Shown here piece after piece: positions 24,861-36,529 of a stretch of 63,814 bases of DNA. Source of the stretch: Lama guanicoe (lineage: Eukaryota); NCBI GenBank assembly GCA_013239625.1, contig MU053994.1, positions 1,863,775-1,927,588 of the forward strand. The letters are read 5' to 3'. The notes below the pieces were generated by a model, which ran no database searches, was not told where the DNA came from, and saw only the letters and a list, made by a program, of their open reading frames with translations. Both the position numbers and the translations under genes were made by a program. Numbering within the stretch: the stretch's first letter is position 1; every line of letters starts with the position of its first letter.

Positions 24861-25004
24861 ATTCCAATAAATCCCCCATGGACCCATCACCTGGCTTTAG
24901 TGACTCTAAATTGGTGTATCTGTAGTCACACTCACTCCCCACCATGACCCCCTCAACGCATTTTTTTTAATTTTCACTTTGCAACCATTTTGATGGAGTT
25001 TGAA

Positions 25005-25170
25005 GAGAGAAGGCAAATGATAAATGAGCAATCTTGAAACACAAGCTCGTTTCTTCATAAATGCTGGAGAAGCTATTGAAACTGGGTGATGGATGCATGG
25101 GGCCTCATGAGACTCTTCCCTCTACTTTTGAGTATGTTTGAAAAATTCCATAATGGAAAGTTTTTTAAGA
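25005..25170 (+). mobile_element. L1MC/MD-like 3' end fragment
   Basis: 'ttgaaactgggtgatggatgcatgggg..tctacttttgagtatgtttgaaaaattccataat'; similar fragment at about 25545-25660. Confidence 0.65.
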
Positions 25171-27424
25171 AAGTAAAAATTAGTGTTTGAAGAATAAATG
25201 CTACTGAATAAAGTATGTTCTCCAAGCTGTTTCCGTGGCTGTCTTCTAGCCCAGTGATTCTCAGACAGCCGGGCAGGGAGAACGGCGCCTTCCGTCCTCT
25301 GTTTGAAAGTCATTGACAATCACAGTGTCACCTGAGACAATTTATGGAGAGAAGTGTTTTGACCAGGTGAAGACAGCGGAAGCAGGGATGCAGGGATGAA
25401 CGGCTGGGGCTTCCACTTCAGCCTTCAGTGGCTGCTGCGAGCCCCAAGCCACATCCCTTACCTGATAGAAAGCTCAGCGTCTACGTACGGAAATTAAAAA
25501 TTTACGGACTTAAAAATTAAAAGTCATAATCGCACAGGAGAAGCACATGGATAGGGCAAAACTGGCCATGGGTTGATGGTTACTGGGGCTGGGTGAGGGA
25601 TACACAGGGGCTCGTTAATCTACTTTTAGGTGTATTCAAAATTCTCTATAATAAAATAATGTTTTTATATCATCTTATTTTTTTTAATACGTATTTTTTC
25701 CTATGGAGCAGGAAAGGGTTGTGATCATTATTTTTGATTGGAAGGTGGGGGGGGGGGAATCCAAATTCAATGCCCTGTACTTCTTTCTGTTCCAATAAGG
25801 GTGGATTTCCTAGCTACGCTCACTTCTTTGCTCAGTGACTCGTCAAGACTCCTCGTTTCTTCTCTCATCTTCCTTTTCAACTGACCTACACATCTCCCAT
25901 GAAACAGGCCTCTATATTCAGGGACAATTGTTTCACAAGAAGAAAGCTGTCCAGAGCTTCCATTAGCCACTACGCATTTTTATTGATTTATAGCTGCCTT
26001 GTTCCAAAGATGTATTTAAGGTTTGCAAAGATGCATACATTAGAATAGCATAAAATAAATTACAAGTAAATAAGAACAAAAGAGATAAAGGGAAAACAAG
26101 AATAGGAAAGTAAGCTGGAGCAAAAATTGAGGTGACTACACAAAATACTTGCCATGGAACTGACTAGACTCCCTGGAAGCAGAACGCGAGTTTGAGGCTG
26201 AGTTCCCGAGCAACCCATGCGAAAGGTAGCTGGGTCCCAACGTGATTTACAGAGCTGGTGATGTAAAACCAAAGCCGACAGGCAGGAGAGGCACAACTAT
26301 TCCTAAGATGTAGATCAAGGAGGCAAGTTTCCACTGTGGGATTATCATAAATATAGTATCATGAACAATACCCCCATGTTACACACAGCACCAGAACATA
26401 AGACTTTCTACCCACACACGCACTCCTATATGGCAATGAGGGCGAGTGAGGTACACCTCTACACAACCATAGGGACTTTCTCACAACTTCCTTTGAAATA
26501 GGTTGATGGAGATGCCATTCAAGGAAAATCATTCTGTGGTGACCAAAAGGGATCTTCCCACTGGGGTGTCTTCCCGTGGGACAGACTTCAGAATAGCCAA
26601 AGCAAAGATTCACAGTTTAGAAGCCATGCACCAGGATTCAGGGGGTCCAGGATTCCTTGGCACTGTTGGCAAAAGTGTGTGCATATGTGCTTTTTCCCCA
26701 GGGAATAGGTCCACAGCTTTCATTAGATTCTCAAAGTTGTCATGAATCCAAAGAAAGTGAAGAGCATCTCCCCAGAAAAGGGGCAGCACCAGTTTCAAAA
26801 CTTCTCCATCAACACCGTTTCTCTCAGGTTCTGCCGTGTAACTTCTCAGGCTGCCGGTAAGGGGTGGAAGTGGAGTTTCGACATTGAAAGGGACTGGGGG
26901 TAGGACCGGAATCCTCCTGTGAAACTGAGCTGATCAGAACTATTTCCAGCTAGAAGCACCCCCCGCCTTAACCCCTGCTCCAAGGCTTGTTCAAGACTTG
27001 CTGGGGGAGCCCTCAGCAGCAGGGTAGCTTTGAGATGACAGAGTGACCAAGGTGCCACCGTGGTTCCAGGCCATCAAGCAGGGCTGCAGTAATCTCTACC
27101 AGGAGATTTTTTTTCCCCTAATTTAAGACAATTATAACTAAACACCCACCTAAATCATTAAAAAGCAAAAGTCATTAATCTTTGATAGTGTGACTTCCTA
27201 ATGAATCCTCCAAGCTCAACTCGGGCCAAATATGCTCCAAGGTGACCCAGGTGATGAGTGCCCGGGGTTATAAGCCAAGCACCAGGTACAAGCTGGGGCA
27301 TCACTACCACAAACAAAGGCTTCGGATCCAAGAACTAGAGTTCGGATCCAATTAAACTAGATTTCTTTCTGCCAATAATCAGATAGAAGTTGTTTATGAA
27401 AATCACTGTGGAATGTCATTACTC

Positions 27425-27650
27425 ATAGTAACAATAGCGAACATTTATTAAGCATTTATTACATGCCAGGCACTGGATGTGCTCGTGGCAGCCTCACAAC
27501 CACACTCTAATTAGGGGACAGGCCTGTCATTCCCATTTTACAGATGAGCGATCCAAGATGATCCAAGAGGTTGAAGCAATTTGCACAAAAGTCAAATACA
27601 AGCAAAGATTTGTCTGACTGATCTGCCTTTGCCCTCAATCATTACGCTGC
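27425..27650 (-). mobile_element. MIR SINE
   Basis: 'aacatttattaagcatttattacatgccaggcact..cccattttacagatgag'. Confidence 0.85.
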
Positions 27651-27799
27651 AACATTTGTGAATGTGAAAATGTTCAGCTCACTAACAGTGGCATGAGTTT
27701 CGAAGGCGAGGAGGGGACAATGGTAGGGGTAAGAAAGTCCTGCTTATCCCCCTGAAAATAATTGTCATATCCATGAAGAGACCATTCTCCCTGTTTCAA

Positions 27800-28465
27800 T
27801 GATCTACTATTGTATAACAAACAAACAAAAAAAACCAAATTACCACAAACTTAGCAGCTTAAAACCCCATCCATTCACTAGCCACAGTTTCCATGGGTCA
27901 GAAATCCCGGCAGAGAGTGGTTCAGATAGATTCTCTGCTTAGAAACTCACAAGGAGGTAGGGGTATATAGCTCAGTGGTAGAGTGTGTGCTTAGCATGCA
28001 CAAGGTCCTAGGTTCAATCCCCAGTACCTCCATTTATAAAAAAAAAAAATTTTTTAAAGAAGCTCACAGGGCTGAAATCAAGGTGTTAGCAGGACTGATT
28101 TCCTTTCTGGAAACTCTGGGAAAGAATCTACTCCAAGCTCTTTCAGGTTGTTGGCCAAACCTAGTTCCTCCTCACATTTCCCACCTGCCCCCTCCATCGT
28201 CAGGCCAGCCAGGGTACATCAGGTTCTCCCCCTGCTTTGAATCTCTAGGATTTTTTCCTTCTTTCACTTCTACCACCACCCAGAGGAAGTTCTCTACTTT
28301 TAAGGGCTCGTGTGATTAGATTAGTCCCATCGAATCATCTCCCTTTTCTAAGGTCAGCTGTGCCACGTAACATATCCCAATCATAAGAATGAAAGCTCAC
28401 TACATTTACAGCTTCTGAGGGGGCATGGGATCTTCGAGGGCCATTCTTAGGAATTCAGTTTCCCT
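27800..28465 (-). mobile_element. MLT1 (D/E-like) solo LTR hosting a camelid SINE
   Basis: 'aaattaccacaaacttagcagcttaaaac', 'gctgaaatcaaggtgt', 'ttctctacttttaagggctcgtgtgattagatt', 'ggggcatgggatctt..gggccatt'. Confidence 0.85.
27955..28057 (+). mobile_element. camelid tRNA-Ala-derived SINE (vic-1 type)
   Basis: tRNA-Ala(AGC)-like body 'tagctcagtggtagagtgtgtgcttagcatgcacaaggtcctaggttcaatccccagtacctcca' plus A-tail; TSD agaaactcacaagg (27941-27954) / agaagctcacaggg (28058-28071). Confidence 0.92.
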
Positions 28466-28489
28466 CATCCCCAGACCCAGGGGTCAGCC

Positions 28490-28884
28490 CTGAGAGTCTT
28501 ATGCCAGTGAATGTTTCTGATGTCCAGCTTCAGCCCAGAGCCAGTGAGATAGAAGGATATGTGACATGTTTGCCCAGGATTTGGGAAAAGAACTTTTTCT
28601 CTTCTACAGGATTGGGTGCTATCTGGGCAGAGGTTCGGAGGTACCACCATCAGAAAGCCACGAGGGGTGGGCTGGAAGCCAGCAGGGGCAACCACAGAGA
28701 GCTAGAGGCGGAGCCTGCCCAAGGGTGCAGAGCCAAGAACTGGGGTGGTGGGGGTAGCATCACAGCCCTGAATCAGGCTGCTCTGGAACCCCGCTCTCCT
28801 TGTTGATTTTTCACTCATGGTGACCCAAGAAGTTTGAGTAGGTTTTTCCTATCAATTTCGATTGAAACATTCGTCACTGACTCA
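28490..28884 (+). mobile_element. diverged MLT1 (J/K-like) LTR
   Basis: 'gccctgaatcaggctg..tttttcactcatg..agtttgagtaggtttttc' 3'-end pattern. Confidence 0.5.
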
Positions 28885-29464
28885 GGAGGTGACGTCACTA
28901 ACCTGGCTGGAGTGTTTCTAGCTCCTGGTAAACTGTGTCAAACAAGCTCCAAATAAGTCCCTCATTTACAAAAAAACGGGGCTGTGAACCCGTGCTTGGC
29001 TACCAACAATCCAACGGCAGAAAAGATTCTCTCCTTCAAGGTCGGGAGAGAGCGACGTACTCTCAGAGAGCAGCCAGTCTCCTGCAGATGCCGAAAGCCT
29101 GCCCCACTAATGTGTCCACTCCCTTCAGATGGGGCAGCCAGACTGACTCGAGGATTAACATACAGAAGAAAAACAGTGTGCTTGGCCTGGCTCGCCGTCC
29201 TTTCTAGAACTTCCTCACGTCTTTCGATTGCCTGCCCATTCTCTTTTCCAGGGCAGCTTCAGGAAGAAACTTCTCTCGGAACTTGAGCCTGGTGCTGCAG
29301 CTCTGCCCCTCCCTCTGGGCACTGACGGCTCCGGGGCGGGCGGGGGGGGGTAAGGAAAACAACACAAAACAACAGATGACTCTTGGGGTGCTAAAACCTC
29401 ACCTCTAAACAACCAGGCTCTTCATCTGCCCAGAATATGAACTGGTTCAGTGTAGAGGGAATCC

Positions 29465-29900
29465 CCATTCATTGAGCATCTCCTACATACCAGAGGCGGT
29501 ATGTGATGGGAGAATGCACATACTTAAAGTACTAGAAACACAGAGACACAACAAATCCCTACAGCGCCTGAGTGAGGACGGGATGTTTTCCCACTTCTTT
29601 TACAGACGAGGAAATGGAGACTCAGAGAGGTGAATTAACTTGCCCTGGGACTCAAAGCAAGTAGGGGCCAGAGCAGGATTCACACTGAAGGCGATCTGAC
29701 TCCAAAGATAGTAAATTCCAGTGCCCCACTGTGGCAAGTTACTCAATTTGCCTAGTTTAACCCTCCCAAGAGCCCTGAAAACTAGGTGTTATGATTGCTG
29801 GCCCCATTTTACAGATGAGGAAACCGCTTACATAGTAACTTTTCCAATATCATTAAATGAGTCAAGTGCAGAGTTGAGTTTGAGCCAAAGGCTGGTATTT
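29465..29900 (-). mobile_element. two adjacent MIR SINEs
   Basis: 'tttacagacgaggaaatggagactcagagaggtgaattaacttgccc' and 'ccccattttacagatgaggaaacc'. Confidence 0.8.
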
Positions 29901-30519
29901 TTTCCTCTGGGCAATACATGATGGGAGAGGAGGATCTGAGCAGAGCTAGACAGGAATCTGAGGTCAGAGATCAATCATGCTCAGGCATCATTCATCCACA
30001 CATTAATTAATTTGCTCGGTTATGCATTGAGTTATTTATTGAACACTTCTGGCGTGTTCTGGGAGAAAGGCTCGTATCACTGGTCTTTGCCCTCAAGAAA
30101 TTTACATCTATTAAGGAAGATGATTTATTTTTGTGCCCAAAAGGAGCTGGAATTTGGAAAGAGTCATAAGGGAGAGGTAGGATTTCTATAGGTGAGAAAG
30201 GAGCCTGGGGTACGTGAAAAACTGAGGGCAGAACATTCTAACAGGCAGGGGAGGGATGGCAGGAGCAGAATCCAGGGGCAGGGGGATGGCAGAGTTCACT
30301 GCAGGGAACAGAGGGTACAGGGAATGGGGTGCTAACCACATCACTGGAAGTGCTAAGAAGATGCTGATGCAGGAGTGACCCCAGGACACCACAGAGTTGA
30401 CCCTCTAAGGGAGCTACTCCTTCAGTCACAGTAAGGAAAGTGGGAATCAGGAGGTGCTGCTGGGACTGCTGAGTTCAAGGACAAACTGGAGTTTTGCTCT
30501 AAGGATCAAAAAGCCACTG

Positions 30520-30854
30520 ACACCCAGTTCAGGAAATTGAAACGTGGAACCTGACTGCCACCACCACTTCCCACCACTCACAAAGCAGAAGATTGGATAG
30601 CAGAATGCCACCACAGAAAACCACGTCTCCACAATCTTGCTTGCATACAGAAAAGCAGCCAAAGGCACAGGAATACGACTGCCAGCTCACTTCCATTCTC
30701 CAAACCTTGAGCAGTCAGGGTATGTGCATCTAATTGGCATAACCAGAACCAAGCTGCAAGGGATTCTGGGAAAGGTGTCTTTGTAGCTTTCGAGCTCCCA
30801 CTCTCCGGGGAGGCTCACAGATGGAGGCGGTAACGGATGCTGAGCACCGACAGA
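30520..30854 (-). mobile_element. MLT1-type LTR fragment
   Basis: 'gtgcatctaattggc..ccaagctgcaagggattctgggaaa..tagcttt'. Confidence 0.55.
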
Positions 30855-31058
30855 CAGTGGTAGCTGGTAAATCACCAATCCCTCAAAACAAATGTTTTTA
30901 AAGCCTTGATTTGTAGCATTTGCCAATTTTCATGGTGTAAATCCTCTCTTGGTGGCTGCTTTTAAGTAACCAACATGACATCACTGGACTCAGAGGTGGA
31001 AAGAGATGGATACACTTGGCTTTCTCGAGTTGGTATACAGCACTCCAGCACACCACTG
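30855..31058 (-). mobile_element. MER63A hAT element with TIRs and 8-bp TSD
   Basis: TIRs cagtggtagctgg / ccagcacaccactg; TSD ccgacaga (30847-30854) / ctgacaga (31059-31066). Confidence 0.85.
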
Positions 31059-32759
31059 CTGACAGATCATAGCCAATGTGCGGCAGAGGCAGTGGGGAGA
31101 AGGGACAGACGTGAGGGAAGGACTCAGGAGGCCATGTTTGCTCCAGTGAAAGCGGTCTCCCCAGTCTTGTCCAACGTCCCCCTATTATGGCTTCTTAACT
31201 ACCTTACCTTTGGTCTCGGCTGGCTTAGTTCTCAGTGCTAAGAATCTGATCTGTGTGGAGTATAGCCCTGAACGAGGACAGGAGCACAGCCAGTGAAATC
31301 AGAGCTTCTCCACAGATGGAGGACCGTCTCCATGGCGCTGGCAGCTTACATTCCCTCATTCTCCATTCTGCTCTCAAATGTTCACAGGTTGGCACCACGA
31401 GGAAGTGGAGGACCCCCAAGTGACAGAGCCAAGAAGAAGGCCGTGTGCTGGCCGGTTTGAAGACTCTTAACCAGAAGGGGCAAACTTCTGGGCTCTTTTT
31501 TTGGTGGAGGGGAGGCTTTTATTTTATATTGCATTGGTGAAAAAATCCTCCAGTTCAACCACTGTGAAATATTGAACCAAAGAAGATAAATTTCAAAAGG
31601 AACCCCTTTCCGAAAGGAGCATGAAAGGCATGGGGAAAGAGGGGGAAAAATGATAAAAAAAAAAATGAGATCTTAATTTAAGTTGGACCTGTGATCAGAG
31701 GGAGAGAAGGCGGTGGCTTTCTTTTTTAATTGAAAACACAAACCCTTTGTGGCCGGAAGCAAGAGTTAACACAAGATAAGATGGGACCTTGCTGAGGCCT
31801 TCCCGATTGACTGGCCACGGAAAGACGGCCTGGCCTCCTCACTGCCTTCTAATTGGCTTAGGCCAACAGTAGTGTGGGAACCCAAAGGGGGGGGGTGGGT
31901 GCCATATATAAAAAGTTACGGGACAGTTCATCTACCTCAAGTATCTGACAGCGCACACCTCTTGAATTTTAACGACCAGAGTTACGACTGGGCAATTAAC
32001 CCCATGTGCAGTAGCCCTCCACCCAAGACAGCCGAAGACAAAAGACAGACATGGCCGCAGTTTGGTCAACGGTCAGGCCTCTACCCTCCTCCGCCCGGGC
32101 AGAAGTGAATGGCTTTTCTTTCACACCAGGATCTCCAAAAAAAAAGCACACAGGCAAGGGAACTACTGTATACCCTATTGTCAGGGAAAAAAAAACTATA
32201 CTGTTTCATTCAGATGTAATTTTAAATGTTTAGTGGACAAGTGGTTTAAAAAAAAAAAAACTTTAAAAATCCGCGAGACCCGAAGCAGGTTTTAAGCTGT
32301 TAAGCATGTTGGCTACTTAACGACCATAATTAGCTATTCAATGCAAAAATCACTTTTCTCTCCAGGCTGGCACAACAGTGAAGAACTGAAAGAAGTTAAG
32401 AACCTAGTTTCCAAGGAAATCCTTCTGCTTGCTGGAAGGCCGCTTTCTGGAGGGTTTGTACAACATTTTGGAAAAGGGTAGCATTTTACCAATTGTGCTT
32501 CACTGACCCCAGCTCCAATTCCCTTCTGATCAAATTAGGAAAGGGGGAATGGGGACTGCCTGCTGCTGGCCAAGCGCCTAGGAGCAGAGGGCAGCTGCAG
32601 CTCTTTTAAAACAGGGGCGACAAGGATTTGAGTGGATCATTAAGATGGAGTTGAAGATGCCCTCATTGCCTGGTACCCAAGCTGTCATGAAAGCAGTCCC
32701 TGAGATGGAAGGAGTAGGACCATGTGTGATTCCAATTCTCAGGAAGGGAAAAAAAAAAA

Positions 32760-32817
32760 NNNNNNNNNNNNNNNNNNNNNNNNNNNNNNNNNNNNNNNNN
32801 NNNNNNNNNNNNNNNNN
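32760..32817. other. assembly gap within poly-A run
   Basis: N flanked by A-runs on both sides. Confidence 1.
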
Positions 32818-33228
32818 AAAAAAAAAAAAAAAACCAGAGACATTAAATCGTGACTCCAACCCCCTCAAGTCATGTACCATATGCTCTGGAGTCTTTCTTC
32901 AAGGCCCTGCCTGCTCTTGTCCTTCTTGGTTATCCACCACCAGAGACTGTTGGGGAGGGGGAGGGGGAGGTCAGTAAATAATTTATGTGATTGTTTTAAT
33001 GAAAAGCTCACTCTCTATAGGAAAATCAATAATGGCTACATCATGTCCTACCACTGTCCAAGCGCGAGCTGAATCTATTCTCTTGGACCCCCGCTGCCCA
33101 TGATGGGTATTCAAAGTGGCCGGGCCAGCACTCTGAGTTGGAGGCTAAATACTGAGAGCAAATAGGCAACCCCTCTAGAAGCAAGTTTTGCAAAACTAAA
33201 CCTTTGGAGCATTCATCGTATAAGCAGG

Positions 33229-34006
33229 CAGGGCCAGTTCTGCGGCCATGTGGCCAGTGCTGTCACATAGGAGCCTCTGGGCTCAGAAGGGTCCTGTGCT
33301 AGGGATTTAAGGCTCTGCAGTGGCCTTCTTGAAATTCTGAACAATTATATCTTTGGATTTTTGTTTTGGAAGTGTCTGATAGGACAATAAAGCATGAGTT
33401 GGGGGACTTGGAGCCTCAGTTCACACACAGTCTCCCTTTCTTGCCCATCGCCCAGCAACCACAGTGGCTCTCCATCCCTGGTGGGAAGGCCAAGGTGAGA
33501 TGGGTTCTCCCAGGACAGAAGGTGGGGCACAGTGGAGGCCATGCCCACCCCAGGCGGGTAGCACCACAGGGTGTCCAGCAGGCCAATGAGGCTGGGGAGA
33601 GCTCTTTACCTATTGCCTTCTGGGTACCGAGCACATCCCCGCATGGAGGCAGCTTAGGGTATTCCTGTGGGAAGAGGACACTGACTCCCCTGCCTGAAGA
33701 TCACGTAGGTCTGGCTGAAGAAAGGGGGAACCCGGTAGCTGGTGGGCCAAGAGTGCAGAACCCGGAGGCGGGATCTCTGGGCAGGCACCTGTGATGGTGC
33801 ACTCTTGCCCCAGAGCGTATCCCTGTACCCAACGGCACACAACATTAAGTAGCACATAAAAAACATGATTGGTTGAAAGAGAGACTGCCGAGGAGAGAGA
33901 AAAATTTCATATGTTCGTACCTTTAATGGCACCTTTTTTCCTGCTTTTTGAATAAGGGGACTTGAATTTTCATTTTTGTAGGACCCAAATTATGGAGCTA
34001 GTCCTG
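33229..34006 (+). mobile_element. MER45C-like hAT-Tip100 element
   Basis: 5' 'cagggccagttc..gctcagaagggtcc..cttgaaattc'; 3' 'tttttgaataaggggac..ttttcatttt..caaattatggagctagtcctg'; shares termini with 15773-16880. Confidence 0.8.
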
Positions 34007-34149
34007 TCACCATGTTTCAGCCATAGTTTGATCCCAAGTTTTAGAACCGATTCTAGATTGGCCATCACTGGCTTCAATCAGCATTGGGCCCTCTGGCCTG
34101 GGCCCCGACCCTCCCCGTCTGGGGCCTCGCCTGGGTGCTCCAAGCGGGG

Positions 34150-34315
34150 TACTGGCTGATTAACAAAGGTTCTCCAGGGTGGATAGGCACGATTTGTAGC
34201 CCCAATCTGTGCCCATTTCTGTGATGTAAACACTCCCACAGTAGGCAATTTCAAGAAGAGATGCCCAGTATCTACCGTGTGTGTGCAGGCGGGAGCTGCC
34301 TCCGGCACCCCATGC
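34150..34315 (-). mobile_element. diverged MER63A-like element
   Basis: 'gatttgtagc..tttctgtgatgtaaacactcccac..caatttcaag..aagagatg' parallels 30855-31058. Confidence 0.55.
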
Positions 34316-34397
34316 AGCCTCTGAATTCTTGAGGCATTAAAGCAGGGCCCCAGGAAGCACAGGGAGATAATGGAACAAAAGAGCTTTCTCCTAGATG

Positions 34398-34560
34398 CAA
34401 GGTTTTTCATTTGGAATCCCCCAGGGAGCTTTAAAAATGCGTAGACCCAGACTATATCGCAGGCCAATTACATCAGTATGGGGATGGGGGGAGTGGATTG
34501 GGCTGCAGTATTTTTAAATCCCCAGGTGATTCCAAAATGAGGCCAAGGTTGTAAACCTGG
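34398..34560. mobile_element. MER5B-like hAT element
   Basis: 'ttggaatcccccagggagctttaaaaat..cagtatttttaaatccccaggtgattccaaa..gccaaggttg'. Confidence 0.7.
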
Positions 34561-34596
34561 ATGGATCAGTGGTTCTCCAACCTTAGTGTGCATCAG

Positions 34597-34888
34597 GGAG
34601 GTGGGTCCAGCTCAGTGGTAGAGCGTGTGCTTAGCATGCACAAGGTCCTGGCTTCAATCCCCAGTATCTCCATTTGAAAAATAAGCACTATGGGGCGGGG
34701 GGACTGCTTAGCATGGGTGAGGTCCTGGGTTCAATCCCCTCTTCCTCTACCTAAATAAACAAATTAAATAAATGATTACTTCCCCCTCAAAAATTCAAAA
34801 AACAAAAATAAGTACTACAGTGTTAACATAAATAAAAATGAGGATTTTGTTGGTGAAAAATATTTTTAGAAAAACAAAGAACAAAAAC
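34597..34888 (+). mobile_element. camelid tRNA-Ala SINE (outer) with extended 3' tail
   Basis: Body 'agctcagtggtagagcgtgtgcttagcatgcacaaggtcctggcttcaatccccagtatctcca'; TSD aaccttagtgtgcatcag (34579-34596) / aacttagcgtgcgtcag (34889-34905). Confidence 0.9.
34691..34803 (+). mobile_element. second camelid SINE nested in the tail of the first (A-box region missing)
   Basis: 'tgcttagcatgggtgaggtcctgggttcaatcccc' plus tail; TSD aaaaataagcacta (34677-34690) / aaaaataagtacta (34804-34817). Confidence 0.85.
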
Positions 34889-35804
34889 AACTTAGCGTGC
34901 GTCAGAATCACCCGGAGGGCTTGTCAAAACACCGGTCACTGGGCCCCAGGCCTCGAGCTTCTGATTCGGAGGCCTGGGGTGGGGCCCAGGAATCGGCATG
35001 TCTAACCAGTTCCCAGGTGATGCCGAGAACTAAGGCTGCTGGCCCAGCGACCCGCACTTTGAGATCCACAGTTTTAGAGGAAAAAAAAAAATCTGCCTGG
35101 CGTCAGCCACCTGGGGTTCACCCTGATTAAGAAGGTGCGAGGTAAAAAGTTCTTACTTAATTGGAGGCCCTGGAGTTGGGGTTTACAGACAGCCTCCCTC
35201 CCGTGAAGAAGCTATTTGTTAAGAGTGAGAGGCAGGAGCCCGGTAGTGAAAGGCAACTCAGCTGTGACATGCCACCTGCTTAATTAAAAATGCCGACGCA
35301 GAGACGGAGGCCAGGGCTCTCAGCCCTAGGCGGTCACCTTGAGGGCTTCGCTGCTGGGTGGGCAGGGGCCAGAGGAAGACGCAGAAAGAGGGGGAGCTGG
35401 GCTGTCTCCCTCTGCAGGGGCTGCTGGCTGCTTGGCTTGGTCGCATCCACTCCAAGGGCGTGTCAACCCCAGGACATGGCTTCTAAGCTCCCTCCGTGAG
35501 TCCTCTCCTGCCCGTGTCTATCTCTAATTCACCCTCATCAGCTTGTGCACGGCAGCCCCTTTCTCAGACTAAACTAGGGAGCCTCGCTTGGGAAACAAAC
35601 GCTGGTTTTTATTAATAATAATATCAGCTTTTTTTTAAAAACTTCGGGACTGGAATTCCTGCTGTCTTGTGTCTGGAAATTCGTTCAGGTGAGACTGGGG
35701 AGGCAAACGTGGGGAAACCTTGGTTCATGAAGCAGCTGACTCAGCCTCATTCTGTACAGAATCCAGCTTTTAAAAGGGAATTGGAACTAAATGTAAACAC
35801 AGGC

Positions 35805-36350
35805 AAATATTCCAATCCAGGAATTCCGCACCTAGGCATATCCTAGAGGAAGGAGCTGATACACCCGCCCGAAGCCATGTATATGAACATTTGTGGCAGC
35901 TTTCTTCTTGAGAGCCAAAAAGATGCAAGCAATCTGAATTGCCATCAACAGGAGAACGGGTAAATAAATTGTAGCGTGTTCATACAATGGAGCAGCACCT
36001 AGCAAGGCCCGAGAAAGAGCTGCTGACACGTGTAACGACGTAGATGAACTTCACAGACGTTCAGACTGAAAAAAGCCAGGCATGAAAGTGTACCTACATT
36101 CTATTCAACGTACATGAAGTTCCAGAACAGGAAAAATAATCAATGGTGATAGAACAGATGGTGGTTTAAAAGGTGGGGTACTATTGACTGAGAAGGGGCA
36201 AGAGGGAACTTTCTGGAATGCTGGAAATGTTCTGTATCTTGATCCGGGTGGTGAGTACAGGAATCTATACCTATGTCAAAATGTATCGAGTTGTACACTT
36301 AAGAGTAGTGCACTTTATAACACGTAAGTTAAACTTTCAGTTAAAAATAA
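35805..36350 (+). mobile_element. L1ME-like 3' end
   Basis: 'ccatcaacaggagaacgggtaaataaattg..catacaatgga', 'gagggaactttctggaatgctggaaatgttctgtatcttgat..tgtacacttaag'. Confidence 0.85.
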
Positions 36351-36529
36351 TTATTTTAGGCCATGTGACCTCAAGCACTAGATTTTGATACCTGAGAACT
36401 GAGGTTTGAAAAAGTTTGACAACTTAGCAAAGATTATTTTTCTTCTTCTTCTTCTTTCTCTTGAATTGGCCCAGATAAAGAAATGGCTCTCACCAACCCA
36501 AGACCCCGAGGGCCACTGGGCTTTGGCCA

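Larger units (their letters stand above)
34567..35071. mobile_element. MER5A split by a composite SINE insertion
   Basis: 5' cagtggttctc (34567); resumes 'gtcagaatcacccggagggcttgtcaaaacac' at about 34901; 3' 'cactttgagatccacag'. Confidence 0.88.

Noticed and set aside
27960-28032. tRNA-Ala(AGC) gene (also ~36808-36880, 34600-34672, 63753-63814)
   Set aside because: Flanked by TSDs and A-rich tails, inserted in older repeats, with stem mismatches: SINE copies.
27975-28319. Shared peptide 'MLSMHKVLGSIPSTSIYK' in ORFs at 27975 and 36706
   Set aside because: Translation of the same SINE consensus, not paralogous genes.
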